64,000 nt of DNA from Neoconidiobolus thromboides FSU 785 (lineage: Eukaryota; Fungi; Entomophthoromycota), in NCBI GenBank assembly GCA_025603075.1, contig MU626362.1:11508-75507 (forward strand). Direction: 5' to 3'. Position 1 is the stretch's first letter. Each line of letters opens with the position of its first letter. The position numbers and the translations under genes were made by a program. Below are positions 49,908 through 62,658 of the stretch, piece after piece. The notes under the pieces were generated by a model, which saw only the letters and a program-made list of their open reading frames with translations, had not been told where the DNA came from and made no database searches.

Positions 49908-52103
49908 ATGATGGAAATATCACCCCACTTACCCAGTTCGTATTCTAACCATAACTCGCCAATTAAGCCGGGCCTTAAACTTGGTCTGCCAAAGATACCG
50001 CCAAAATCGCCTTCACGGTTAAAATCAAAAGCTTATGTCAAGCTTTCTTCTTTAGTCAATGGGAATGAAGAAAACGAAAGGATTCGTGAAGTACCTAAAT
50101 TGGACATTATTAATGAAAATCATATGGCTTCATCATTCGATTTAACCAATCATACGCTTGAAAGGAAAGGACATTTGGGAGTAATGAGAGTAGAAAGGCT
50201 AGGTGTACCTTTAGAGATATCGAAATCAACACCAGCTGATTTCAACTTTAATTCGAATCATAAAAACAAGCGACATTCTGGAAATATCAAATTAAGTGAT
50301 TTTTCACCAAATGAATTGAGAAAAAAATTAGATGCTGCTTTTAATCCATTTTCAAAAAGAAGTTCACAAATTTCAACAGAAAAAGATACACCTTCTATAT
50401 CTAGTTTAAAGGATACCTCAAATAGCACAGATAAAGATTCACCATCTAGCTCAGGCCCACCATCTCCAATAACAAATGGAACACCAACACAAACATTAAA
50501 ACCATCAAGATTAAGACATCATCGAAGAACAACTTCAGAAGAATCACGTATAAGTTTTGCAGAAATTATCAAAACAGCATCATCAGCAATAAACATTGAT
50601 TTTATGAATGAAAAAAAAGAGAATGAAGCATCTGAAACTGTTTCAAGTCCTAATTTAGATAATACTCCGTTAAACTTTGAGCTGGACCCAGAGGATTTAG
50701 CCCCTGCCAAAATGCTTAATTCAGAAGCTAAAGTAGTAAGACCATTATCTATTGATAGTATCACAGCTTTAGGTAGAATACCATTGATACCAAGATCACC
50801 TTTGGTTGTAGCTTTACAGAAAGCTACTCGTACATTGAGCCAAGCTAAACAAGATTTAAAAGAGTTAGCTTATGATCAAAGAAATGGTATGGAGGATTTG
50901 GAGAGAATGGATAAATTAAGAGAAACTATTAGTAATTCATCAGCTACTTTTGAACGTATAAGTAAACTTATTCGTGTTGATAACAGTGCCACATTCACTT
51001 TCTTTCCAGCCGCATTAGTAGCATATCAATTGACTCTAATTGAATGGGAAATATTTAAAAAGATACCACCAGAAGCCATTGAATTACATTCATTTAAAAA
51101 CCCATACCCACAAATATCTATATCAACAGATTTTTTCAATTATCTTACACGAGTCATTGAGTTATCTATTTTGCAAGCAGGACAAGATCGAGTAGAAATG
51201 ATCCATTTCTGGATCAAATGTGCCAATAAATTGATGCTATTGTATAATTTTCAAACCCTTAAGGCAGTTCTTAGTGCTTTAAATACACCACCTATTAAAC
51301 GTCTTAAACATACGTGGAGTCATGTTTTAAAGAAAGACCATACTTTATTAAATTCAATGAATGAATTGATGGGTGAAAGCAATAATTATTATTCATACAG
51401 ACAACATGTACAAAAATTAGGAGTCAAAGGAAATTATAATGAAGAATATAATAAGCCAATTATACCTTATCTTGGAGTATTTTTGATGGATATGACTTAT
51501 TTAAAAGCAGCAAATAAAGACGATAAGCGTATCCAAGAATTAGTAACTCAATTTCAAATATATTTAAATGGACCAGATTATTTATTAACACCACCCCATC
51601 GATTTATTAAATCAAGGAGACATCAAAAATCAACGTCATTTTCTTCATTTTCATTGAATTTTGGCAAAAGCATTCATAACACTCCATCTCAATCCCCTTT
51701 ACCTTTTTTAAATAGTTTATCAACTGAGTTGGACCAATCCCCTTATCAAAAGAAACCACTAAAAGATAAAGTCACATTATCTTCATTTCAACAACTTATT
51801 ACACATTTTTTATTGAATCAAGTATGGGCTAATGAAAAGGTAGTAGACCAATTAGCAGCAGATTTAATATCAAATGAACGTAAAGTAACGAAACAGATAA
51901 GTAAAAGTCAAACATCCATACCATCTATTAAGATTAAAAGTAGTAATGATAATTATGAAAACAAGGTATCGTTTTTACCTTCCCCGGTTACTCCTTCCAA
52001 TTCAACTACATTACTCTTGGATCCATTTGAATTTGAAATACCAGATATTGAAAAAACTTTATTAGCAGACCCTATCCTTTCGGAAGATTCTTCTTCTTTG
52101 TAA
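49908..52103 (+). CDS. RasGEF (CDC25-homology domain) protein
   Basis: VAYQLTLIEWEIFKKI, FFNYLT, FWIKCANKLMLLYNFQTLKAVLSALNTPPIKRLKHTW, IPYLGVFLMDMTYL; extra upstream exons near 49533 possible. Confidence 0.85.
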   Translation: MMEISPHLPSSYSNHNSPIKPGLKLGLPKIPPKSPSRLKSKAYVKLSSLVNGNEENERIREVPKLDIINENHMASSFDLTNHTLERKGHLGVMRVERLGVPLEISKSTPADFNFNSNHKNKRHSGNIKLSDFSPNELRKKLDAAFNPFSKRSSQISTEKDTPSISSLKDTSNSTDKDSPSSSGPPSPITNGTPTQTLKPSRLRHHRRTTSEESRISFAEIIKTASSAINIDFMNEKKENEASETVSSPNLDNTPLNFELDPEDLAPAKMLNSEAKVVRPLSIDSITALGRIPLIPRSPLVVALQKATRTLSQAKQDLKELAYDQRNGMEDLERMDKLRETISNSSATFERISKLIRVDNSATFTFFPAALVAYQLTLIEWEIFKKIPPEAIELHSFKNPYPQISISTDFFNYLTRVIELSILQAGQDRVEMIHFWIKCANKLMLLYNFQTLKAVLSALNTPPIKRLKHTWSHVLKKDHTLLNSMNELMGESNNYYSYRQHVQKLGVKGNYNEEYNKPIIPYLGVFLMDMTYLKAANKDDKRIQELVTQFQIYLNGPDYLLTPPHRFIKSRRHQKSTSFSSFSLNFGKSIHNTPSQSPLPFLNSLSTELDQSPYQKKPLKDKVTLSSFQQLITHFLLNQVWANEKVVDQLAADLISNERKVTKQISKSQTSIPSIKIKSSNDNYENKVSFLPSPVTPSNSTTLLLDPFEFEIPDIEKTLLADPILSEDSSSL

Positions 52104-52310
52104 TCACTCTCTTTGTTTTTTTATTTAATAGTTTAAGTTGTTATTTTATCTTTTAATTTATTATTTAATAAAAAATCGTATTAAGCAATAATAGAAGTAT
52201 GATTTAATGTATAATGTGCGATAATAATGCACAAAGCACTATAACGAATAGTGTATATTGTATAATAATAGAAATAGATCATAAGTACATATAGTATGTC
52301 AATTATATAT

Positions 52311-52408
52311 GGGGATGCATTTTTTCGTTTAAGAATTTTACTAACAATCTTTCCACTCAAATAGTGCTTAAAAATGAAAAAAGTAATGAAGACAAAAAAA
52401 ACATTACC
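52311..52408 (+). mobile_element. MITE copy 17
   Basis: ATAT|GGGGATG...ACATTACC|ATAT. Confidence 0.88.
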
Positions 52409-52513
52409 ATATATTAAAAAAGTAATAGATTATAACATTATAGTTTATTTAAATCATAGTTATTTTTGATTATTATAACCAAGAACAATATTTATTCTAT
52501 AGTTTAAAAATAA

Positions 52514-53922
52514 TTACATAGGGAAATTGGGTAGCTCTTTGATTGCCCTATTGATAATATCAACACCTTGTTCAGTTTGTTGTTTAGTAATAGTAAGTGG
52601 TGGAGCTAATCTAATAATATTGTTATGAGTAGGTTTAGCAAGTAACCCAAGTTCTTTCATAATAAGGCAAAGGTGCCATGCTGAACGACCATTGGTATAA
52701 TTTTCATCTACTACAATAGCATTTAATAATCCTCTACCACGTACTTCACTTATAACATTAGAGCCAATACCCTTCAATTGATTACGGAAAAGTTCTCCCA
52801 TGATTCTTGAGTTTTCTACTAAGCCTTCTTCTTGAATTACTTCAAGTGCAGCCATAGCTACAGCCGAGCCTAATGGATTACCACCATAAGTAGATCCATG
52901 CTCACCAGGTTGGATACATAGCATAACATCTTTATCAGCTAAAACAGCTGAGACTGGATAAACACCACCAGATAAAGCTTTACCAAGGATAATAATATCT
53001 GGACGTACACCTACATGCTCTACTGCTAACATCTTACCAGTTCTAGCTAAACCGGTTTGTACTTCATCACCAATAAATAAAACATTATGCTGTTTACAAA
53101 GTTCATAAGCCCTTTGTACAAAAGCATCATTAGGAATCTTGATACCAGCTTCTCCTTGGATTGGTTCCATTAAAAACCCAGCCATGTTGGCTCCATTGGC
53201 TTCAAAGATCTCTTCTAAAGTTTGAATGTCATCCATATATAATACTTTACCACTTTTTGGGCAAACTGGTCCAACGTTTGGCAAAAATGGACCAAAGTTA
53301 GTAGTAGCGGTATTGTCAGTAGACATTGAAATAATACCCATTGTTCTACCGTGGAAGTTATCGGCTAAGGAAACAATGACAGCTTCTCCTTGTTTAATAC
53401 CTTTCTTTTCATAACCCCATTTACGTGCTAATTTGAGAGCAGTTTCAACAGCTTCAGCACCAGTGTTCATAGGTAATACCATATCGTATTTTAACAATTT
53501 GGTAATGTATTCTGCAAATTCACCAAATTTGTCATTATAAAAAGCTCTAGAACTTAAAGTTAATTTTTGACTTTGTTGTATTAAAGCTTCAATGATCTTA
53601 GGGTGACAGTGACCTTAATATTAATTAATACTAATTATCAATGTTCATTAAATTGATTCTTACCTTGATTCACGGCTGAATAAGCTGATAAAAAATCTAA
53701 GTACTTTTTACCTTCTGGGTCCCACACGTGTACACCTTCTCCTTTAGAAAATACTACAGGTAATGGATGGTAGTTATGGGCTCCATATTGATGCTCCAAA
53801 TCAATTAATCTTTGAGATTGGGAAACTTCTTGTCCTAGGGCTTGTTTTTGAGCTAAGCTACTGCCATTTCTTACTTGGTTAGCGAGTCTTTGGATTACTT
53901 TAGTTGTTCTAGTTGAATTCAT
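52514..53922 (-). CDS. CAR2: Ornithine aminotransferase (class III PLP enzyme), 2 exons
   Basis: [26 protein letters not shown]|[49 protein letters not shown]. Confidence 0.95.
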
Positions 53923-55049
53923 TTTTAATCTTTAAAAAATTAAAAAGGGTTTGATTTTATTTTATATTTATGTTAGTTGATTTCATTTTTTAAGCGTTAT
54001 ATTCTTAAGTTGGATGGAATAGAGCCTCATTATTATGGAAGAAAACAAGTTTCATTGGCTATTTAAGGGATAGCATAAGATTTAACGCAGGGAGCAATTT
54101 TAATTTATAAAACTTAATCAATCAACCCAGCAAATTTATTGGTTGGTTAAGTGTCAAATTTATAGAAAATTTATAAACCTTCATCAACTTGACCTAAGTT
54201 TAATTTCATTTGAAAGATTAATTTCAAAATTCGATTTAAATTTAATTTTCATTTCCAAAATTATAATAAAAGCATCAATTTCCTTCCAAAAAACAGAAGT
54301 TCACCTTAGAATTTCTATCTCATGCTAATTCGTTATTCTTGAAGCTTTCTTTATTATATAAGTAGTATGTCATTTTTGTACATTCTAGTATTTCTTTAAA
54401 ATATTCACAAATAAAATAATGAAATCATAACCCATGATTTTATCATTGATTCTATTGTATAGGATTTACTAAGTTTATTATCGATTCAATAATACATGAT
54501 AATATTCAATATTAATTTATTTTATTATGTTATCATACTTCATACAATCTTTAAGTAAAACTTAATAATTAAATTGAGTTGTTGATATTTCAAATGAATG
54601 TCCATGTCGAGATAATAGTTAAAGTACTCTAAAACAGTTTAAATCAACTCTTTTCATTAATATTACCAATATGATTTAAATATAAATATTATATTTGTTA
54701 CAGCCAAACAAATTGACTGCCAACTGATTAGCAATAAAAGACGGGATCATATAGCTATGCTTAAATTAGATGAACAAGATTTATTTCTTAATTTGAATTA
54801 AACATTATTTTACACTTAAATAAGTCATAATATTACTTGATTTGTTTTAAACACAAGTCAGATTTCCATAGCTACATTGAGATTGAATCATCAATAGCTT
54901 TAAAAGTTACTAGTTCTGTTAATAGTTTATTTTTTGATGTAAAAAATTTATTGTTCCAAAAATTTAATTGAAAGCGAATTAAATTGTTAGTTTAAAAAAT
55001 ACTATTTATAGTTTTTAAACTAGTAAAAAAAGTAACTAAAATCAAATAT

Positions 55050-55122
55050 GCTCCGTTAGCTCAGTTGGCAGAGCGTGGTGCTAATAACGCTAAGGTCATA
55101 GGTTCAAGCCCTATACGGAGCA
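55050..55122 (+). tRNA. tRNA-Ile(AAT)
   Basis: 73 nt: GCTCCGT/ACGGAGC acceptor stem, TGGTG-CT-AAT-AA-CGCTA anticodon arm, GTTCAAGCC T-loop. Confidence 0.95.
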
Positions 55123-55221
55123 ATTAATTTTGTTATTTTTAGCTCTTTTAGGAAGAAAACTTAAATTTGATTTGCTCACTTAAAAGTCGCTCTTTGAAAA
55201 TTAAATTATTTTTTATCCAAA

Positions 55222-55913
55222 ATGTCAGACCGAGAAATCAATGATGATGAGTTGACACTACCAAAAAGTACTTTATTTTAAGATGATAAAAAGGAATTGA
55301 TTAATGAATTATAGCCACGGTACATAAGTTGATAACGGAGGTTTTACCAAAGGAGATAGCGTGCTCAAAAGAAACGAGAGATCTATTGGTGGAGTGTTGT
55401 GTAGGTAAGGAAGTATTTTTTTGTGAGAATCGGTTTATTCTTTTAAGAGTTCATACATTTGCTTGCTTCTGAGGCCAATGATGTATGTGAAAAACAGTTG
55501 AAAAAGACCATCTCTGCTGAACATGTGATTGCCGCTTTACAAGTAAATAATGGATTTATTTAAATATTTAAATTTAAAATTTCATTCAGGGTTTAGGATT
55601 TGACGAGTATGTACCACACATTCAAGAAGTATTTTTAGACCATAAAGCGACTTTAAAAGTAATAAGACTAAGATAAATTTACTTTCAATTAAATAATTAT
55701 AAAAAATAGATCAGAGATAGAAAAAGTTCGAGGTTAGAAAACTCAGGATTTACTGAAGAAGAGTTGCTACGCAGTCAAGAACTTTTGTTTGCTAAAGCTA
55801 GACAAAGATACCAAGAACAAAGTTTTAATGTTAACTTAAATGCTCAGACTCAACAGCAACAAAATCAAGATGATGATAGTAATAATAACTTGCCTCCCCC
55901 TCAAGGCCTTTAA
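55222..55913 (+). CDS. NCB2: Negative cofactor 2 beta (Dr1), 5 exons
   Basis: Spliced DDELTLPKATVHKLITEVLP...SKETRDLLVECCVEFIHLLASEANDVCEKQLKKTISAEHVIAALQGLGF...SGFTEEELLRSQELLFAKAR. Confidence 0.92.
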
Positions 55914-56339
55914 TGGTATTAAATGGGTAGAAGAGGATAGAATATATTTATGTTATTTTGATAATATTTAGCTCTTTTTATTTTTTTACCTAGCTTCTTT
56001 TTGGTTTTTTTGATTTCATATTTTATAAAAGGTTAGTCTCTATCTAAAGACTATAAAAGTACCAGATATGATTATTAAAATATGACATAAATATATGGTT
56101 TTTAAAAATTACTTATTTAGTTGAATGATCTTTTAATATCTTTTACTCCTTATTACACATAACTAATTTGGTATAAATATTTGTATAAGTAATGATAAAA
56201 TAATAATTATCTTAGATAAAAATTCAGATTAACCGAAAAGTATATAAAACAGCACTAAAACGGATATGATTGGCTATTTAGTATTTTAGATTGATCATTA
56301 AAGATAAGATTTCAATAAAATTTTAGTTTATTTTTTAAA

Positions 56340-57020
56340 ATGAACACAATTACTAGAAAAGTCTTGTTAAATGGCATCAGTAAAAGTAACTATTACAACA
56401 AGATAATACACTATAAACTAATAACCCATTAGATAAAGGCTTCAAAATGTTAAGCCAAACTAGTCAGTTCACTAGCACTAGGTAAATAATAAATGTAATT
56501 AAAATAAGACTTTTTGATGCGCTTTAAAGGACAACCAATAACATTTTAGAACAAATACAAAAAACAAAAAGTATGAGACCACGCTCACCTTTTTACATCT
56601 ATCAACTACAGTTAACTTCTGGGCTTTCAATTTTAAGTCGTATAACTGGTGTTGCTATAGGTATAGGTAGATTCAGTTTGAAGCTTTTTAAAAATCATTG
56701 TTAACAATAAAGGTTTTTATGGTGTTACTATTGCTTACCCAGCCTTTGGATTAACTTCCGAAGTATCTGTTCAACATTTAGAAGCTATTCCAAGTTCAGT
56801 AAAAACAGCTGCTAAGTTTATCATCGCTTTCCCATTCATGTTTCATAATTTTAATGGAATCCGTCATTTAGTAAGCTTAAAGTAATGATTTTTGCTACTA
56901 TTTATTAATTTGTAGGTATGGGATACTGCTTCTAGTCTTACTGTTAAAGGAGTTTATACTTCAGGCTATTTGGTTATTGGTGCTTCAGTTTTATCTTCTA
57001 TCGGCTTAGCTTCTGTATAA
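56340..57020 (+). CDS. SDH3: Succinate dehydrogenase cytochrome b subunit (SdhC/Sdh3), divergent, 5 exons
   Basis: Spliced intact frame: presequence, MRPRSPFYIYQLQLTSGLSILSRITG, FPFMFHNFNGIRHL|VWDT, three TMs. Confidence 0.85.
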
Positions 57021-57240
57021 AGTACAAGTATTGTTTAATATTAAATTTTATCTTTATTTAGAGTAGCAGAAATATACAAATATAGGTATAATATAATAAC
57101 GAAATTAAAATGACATTTAGTTTTTTTTAGTTTTTTTAATAAAAGTTAATATTAATTTTTGGCTATATTTAGCATAAACCCTTAATATGTTAGTAAGCAT
57201 GTGCTTATTTTTATAGTATAGCCATTGTGAATATAAATAT

Positions 57241-57337
57241 GGAGATGCATTTCTTTGTTTAAGAATTTCACTAGCAATCTTTTTGCTCAAATAGTGCTTA
57301 AGAATGGAAAAAGTGATGAAACTAAAAAAACATCCCC
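57241..57337 (+). mobile_element. MITE copy 18
   Basis: ATAT|GGAGATG...ACATCCCC|ATAT. Confidence 0.9.
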
Positions 57338-58865
57338 ATATAACAAAATGAATTCTTAATAATAATTTTAATGCTTAACTGACCATTTTCATATTAAAAT
57401 TAGAAGATGTAAAGTATTATTCATTATTAAATCCTATTGTATAACACAAGTACAGGATTTGACTTCTTACAGAAAACATTGAGCTATGGTATTAACTAAA
57501 CAATAGCTAGGATGGGATAGCGTTAATTAATATTTTTAAAGAAATTAAATATTATAAAGTTTTGTATTTTCCCTAATAGTTGTATAGTATAGAAAGTAGT
57601 AAAACAATAATGATAATAAAAGTATATAGCATAAACTATAAATCTTTCGTAATATTAGTTTATAAATTTCAATAATTTATTAATACAAACAAATTATAAA
57701 ATAGTAATCTAAAGTAGTTATAAATTTATTTGACTTTTTAATCTTGATTTTATAATGAATGTATTATGTTGATAAAATTAATGAAAAGTTATAACAAAAA
57801 TATAGTACATTGTTATTAAAAATGACTAAATTTATAATCACATTTTAAAACATTTTATGAAAGTTTGTTTGAATCTTATTAGTAAAAGTTATTAGAAGTT
57901 AAATTGGATAGTAATTAGCTAATTCCTTTCAAAGTGAACTTTATAGAATTTAATGAATAAAATCAAATTATTCACTGTAAACCCAAAAAACCGAAATTCA
58001 GTAAAATTCAGTAATTTTTTAATACTAAAAATCAATTGAATAGTTCTTATATGATAACTATATTAATAGCTTAATTATATAAATTAGCATGTTGATCTTT
58101 TTGCGATCTATTGTAACATTTGTAGTCAAATCTTTATTTCACTTTAACATAAACTGTACATTAGTATGTAAATAAATCAATTTAATATACTATTTACTTT
58201 TTAGTCTAAATTCTTTGACACTATACTATTATAGACTTTATGCTAAAACATAATATAGTTTTAAATACTTGAATTCATATATTTAAAAGTAATCTAGTTT
58301 TGTAGTATAAAGATTGAATACTCCGAATTGTAAGCTTAGTTCAAAAGGAATGTTTCAAAAAAAGCATTATGTTCTTTATATTATATTACTATTCGTCTTT
58401 TTTTGTTTAAATATTATATTTATATTATAAAATCACATGCTCAAAAAAGTAAAGTAGAATAAACTAAACCAATAAAATCTATAGCTGCCACTTTGATTTT
58501 ACAGTTCGATTTTACTAAATTAATTAATAAGTGACATTTAATTCTAATTGAGGTAACATGTATTGGATGAGATCATTTTTATTATTGTATAAATTGGTAG
58601 CTTGTTATGAACCTCTATATAGCTCAACTACAAATATCCGCAAAGTCTGAGGGCAGCTCTGACTTTCAGGATGAGCCGAGAATTACTAACATTTATTTTA
58701 AAGACTTAAAAAGTCATATTTGACATTAAGATCTGAGCTATGCTTAAACATTATTTGCTATCTAGATCTCAGCCAATGAAGAACCAGTACCAAGTTTACC
58801 AGCTATAAAGCTCAAAAATTAATTTTGTTTTGGTTTATTTATTTTTATCATTACTAACTAAAAGA

Positions 58866-60796
58866 ATGACAAGTATAACGAATGATAATGGAAGCCTTGG
58901 TAGCGTTATTGCTCAAGCATTAAATAACTCATGCGACCATTGCCGATTACGTAAGATAAAATGCGATAGTGGTAAACCACGATGCTCTTATTGCGTTAGA
59001 AAAGAATACGAGTGTACCTATTCAATCAATAAAAAGAAACAAATATTTTCTGGTAACACACTTACGCTTTCTTTGAATCAACTTGAAGATCGTATAAAAG
59101 GCTTAGAAGCCTTATCTCAGCAAATTTTAGAGCGTCAAGAACATCTGAACCATCAAAATTTGCCAACTACTGCCAATCCTCCTTTAAATATGAATTTAAG
59201 CAGCTTTACTGATTTAGGAAGTACCTCTTCTATGCTTTATTCGGAAGGGAATATGGATCCAATAAATCAAGATCTAGGATTTCAGTTTAACGCGCTTAAT
59301 TTAAATGGCAATAATTTAGGCATGAATCCTGATAGTATATTTAATCAACAGGTAGCAGGATATCAATTTCAAACTAATTTTTATGCTGGAGATCCTTTAA
59401 GTGTTAGTGAATTAAGACGCTTTTTGTTACTTAGTTATAAATCTAAAGGAGAATTTAAAGGTTTTGCAAATCACCACAAACAAATATTGATAAAACTGTG
59501 CATGTCATCTGATTTGGTAATGAGTGCCTTCTGTGCTCTTTCTTGTGCACATGCCTCTTTCCCTTTTTTAGATGCTACGCCCACCACACGACGCCGGCTT
59601 ATTGACCATTTTTTAAATCACGCTAAAGCATTACTTGTCCAAGAAGGATATACCAACCCTTCTGTTTATGTCGTTCAAGCTTTAATATTAATTTCGATTG
59701 TGGAATACGAAAGAGGTCAATTTTCTAGATCGATCATGTATGTCCAATCTGCTTTAAGGTAAGCCTAATTTATGATTAACCAATTATTTCAAATTAAATG
59801 AACTATTCTAGTATGGCATATATATTAGGAATTCATATGATTGATGAGAAAAGACTGGGATGTATTACATTTGAGGATGCAATAGCCAGAAAAGTTTGGT
59901 GGGAAATATTTACTATGGATAGCTGTGCTGCTTTTATGCTTTATGAAGAAGGAAATATCATAGATAGAGGATTACCCGTAATGATGGCAGATGCCCATGG
60001 TCATTCTCTTGGATTTACTTTACATGAGTTAAATTTATCTCATATTGAACCTTTTCTTTTAGATTTAGATTCATCTTGGAGACTTCTTCCAGTTATGAGA
60101 CTTAAAATGAGTGATTTATTAAGACGAGCCCATAACTTGACCGTAATGGCTTCAAAATCAACTGATCAAGCCTCAAAAGATAAGTTAGAACCATTGTTTT
60201 TAGAACTTAGAATGGATTTAGCTTATTGGTCAAGGTTTGCTTCCCCAAATCCCTTTATCAGTGATATAAATCAAAACTCGATTGTTGGTGGTACAGGGCT
60301 ACCAACTTCTCCAGGGGACCATCCATCTACTCAAGCATCAGGTGTTCTTTTGTTTAATTGTGCTTATATATTAGCCTATTGTCCAACATTATATTGGACA
60401 CATGAAAGAATAACACAAGAGAAAGGCAATGAAATTCCAGATTCATGTGGGGTAGCAGCAGGATATTTAATCTGTGGTATTGATTTAGCTAGACCAGAAA
60501 ACCCAAGGGGGGAACGCTGGCATCAGGTGCTACCATTCTTTTCTTACATCGGATGTTTAGCGTATTATCGTCTTTTTACAGCTTATCCACATAATAAGGA
60601 AGCACGCGCCACTGCCTCTTCTCAATTTGAGTTATTGTACTTAGAATTAGCTAATTCTATACGTTATTTCCCAGTAGCAGATCTATTTATGGCTAAATTA
60701 AGGCCATTTAGGAATGCTATCAATGAATCGTTTACAGAATTTGACTCAAGTGAGTTAGTATTTGCTACTAGTAGTCCAAGTGCTAATATGGGTTGA
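58866..60796 (+). CDS. Zn(II)2Cys6 transcription factor with fungal TF middle domain, 2 exons
   Basis: CDHCRLRKIKCDSGKPRCSYCVRKEYEC; intron 59759-about 59811; SMAYILGIH...ARKVWWEIFTMD. Confidence 0.9.
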
Positions 60797-60967
60797 TGGG
60801 CGTTCAACTGTATTAATACAATTTTCGATGAAGATAGCAATACAATTACTTTGAACTAAGATTATAAATTAATAAGAGTTTTGAATTTTCGTTTTATGGC
60901 TATTATTTTGTTTTTCCTTAATATTAAGTGTATATTAAAAATGAACCCCTTCTTTTACTTTCAAATT

Positions 60968-61005
60968 TTTATAGTTTATAATTTATAATTTATAATTTAT
61001 AGTTT
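60968..61005. repeat. (TTTATAR)n heptamer repeat
   Basis: Five near-exact heptamers between convergent 3' ends. Confidence 0.65.
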
Positions 61006-61504
61006 GTAGTCAGTCAGTATAACTTTATTTGCATATTAAATCATATTTATAAATTATAGATTTATTCTTATTTTTAAATTAAACTAAATTGTTTAAATGC
61101 AGTTATTATTTAATTTAATATCTTCTTTAATACAATAAAAGTATACAAATCAAGGATTTTAAAAGAGGTGATATATGCTACTTTATTGATTATACTTAAG
61201 CTTTAAGTTTGTTTTAATAAATGAAAGATTAATAAAAGACTAGACTATTTATGTTATTCTATTAAAATAGTTTCTTTTTTAATTTAAAATGCCACAAATA
61301 GTTTAAACAGACTTTGTACAATTCTTAATACCAAAGCTTACGCATTTAATAAACAAATAATAATGTATTTCTATAATAGAATTGGTAGACAATTTTAAGA
61401 TTACAAGTTAATATAGAATTTAATTTAAAAATTTTACAAAAATAAACGATATGTATATTTAAAAAGAGGCAAAATTTTAAACCAATGCAATAAACCTTTT
61501 GAAG

Positions 61505-62658
61505 TTATTGATGAGAAGGATGTTGAGAAGAGTGTTGAGATTGCTGTGAATGTTGAGGAGGGTGTTGAGGAGGATGCTGAGGAGGGTGTTGAGATGAGTG
61601 CTGAGGAGGGTGTTGAGGAGGGTGTTGAGATGGATGTTGAGCTGGAGCATTATGTTGCTGTGGTGGCATACTCATCTGAGGGTTATGAGGATGGGAATAG
61701 TATCCGTTGTGAGCTGGCGGGTATTGTCCGTATTGTGGCATAGGTGGCGGATAATTAGGATAAGGTGGTTGATTTGGATGAGGAGGTGGAGGGCCTTGAG
61801 GGTGACCCATATAAGCATGGTGAGGATGTTGATATGGGCTAGGATGTGGATAATTGGGATTATTCGTAGCTGGATATGTGTTTCCTGGAGGTGGAGGTTG
61901 GTAAGAAGTTGTTGGATATCCAGGATGAGATTCTGCAGGGTACTGACTATGAGGTGGAGGGTTACTACCTTGATTTGGTTTTTTCGCTTCAGGCTCCTCT
62001 CTCTTTGACTCAGGTTGAATTTTTGCTTGGACTACTTTTTTCTAAAAATGTAAATACAATCAACTTTAACTAAAATTATTTACTTCTTGTGGTTTAGGCT
62101 GAATACGAGCTGATTCATTGCCTCCACCATAGGAAGGTGGATCATCACTGTTTTCACCGCCTGACTCGTCCTTTGGTGGCTCATCTGGAGTATTAAGGCA
62201 GCTTTGAATAAGGTTTTTACCTTCAGCTTTTGTGACCAAAGGTTGGAGCTTGGGGGTAGTAAAAGTATACACCAATCCAGTTTCAGAAACCACTAATAAC
62301 AAAACTTGGGTTCCAGTAAGAGTACTCAATTCATAAGCCTTAAACTATTAGCTTAATTACTATATATTTAAATTTATTATACCTTTTTCATGATACCAGC
62401 TTTACGCTTTGAGAAGGTAATATGTCTACGACTTTTATCTTTAATATACTCAATCTTAATCTTTCTCCTTCCAGCTCTTTTGCGCTTTGGTTTTGCGACA
62501 TCTTCTTCTTCTTCATCATCTTCTTCTTCTTCAACTTCCGAGCCAACTTTATTCGAAAATTGAATCTCACCCCCTTGTGACTGGCCAGATGGGGCTTGAT
62601 TATAGTTAAAGTTGTTAGGATCAGGATATTGTTGGGCGTTAGGGAGATTATTTGCCAT
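61505..62658 (-). CDS. MCM1: SRF-type MADS-box transcription factor, 3 coding exons
   Basis: GRRKIKIEYIKDKSRRHITFSKRKAGIMKK|AYELSTLTGTQVLLLVVSETGLVYTFTTPKLQP; P/Q/H-rich tail; probable 5'UTR intron near 62665-62752. Confidence 0.93.

Noticed and set aside
58660-58740. Box C/D snoRNA candidate (AGGATGA...CTGA)
   Set aside because: Imperfect box C, no terminal stem, no recognisable rRNA antisense element
61546-62073. Plus-strand ORFs 61546..61743, 61598..62008, 61876..62073
   Set aside because: Antisense shadows of the repetitive MCM1 tail
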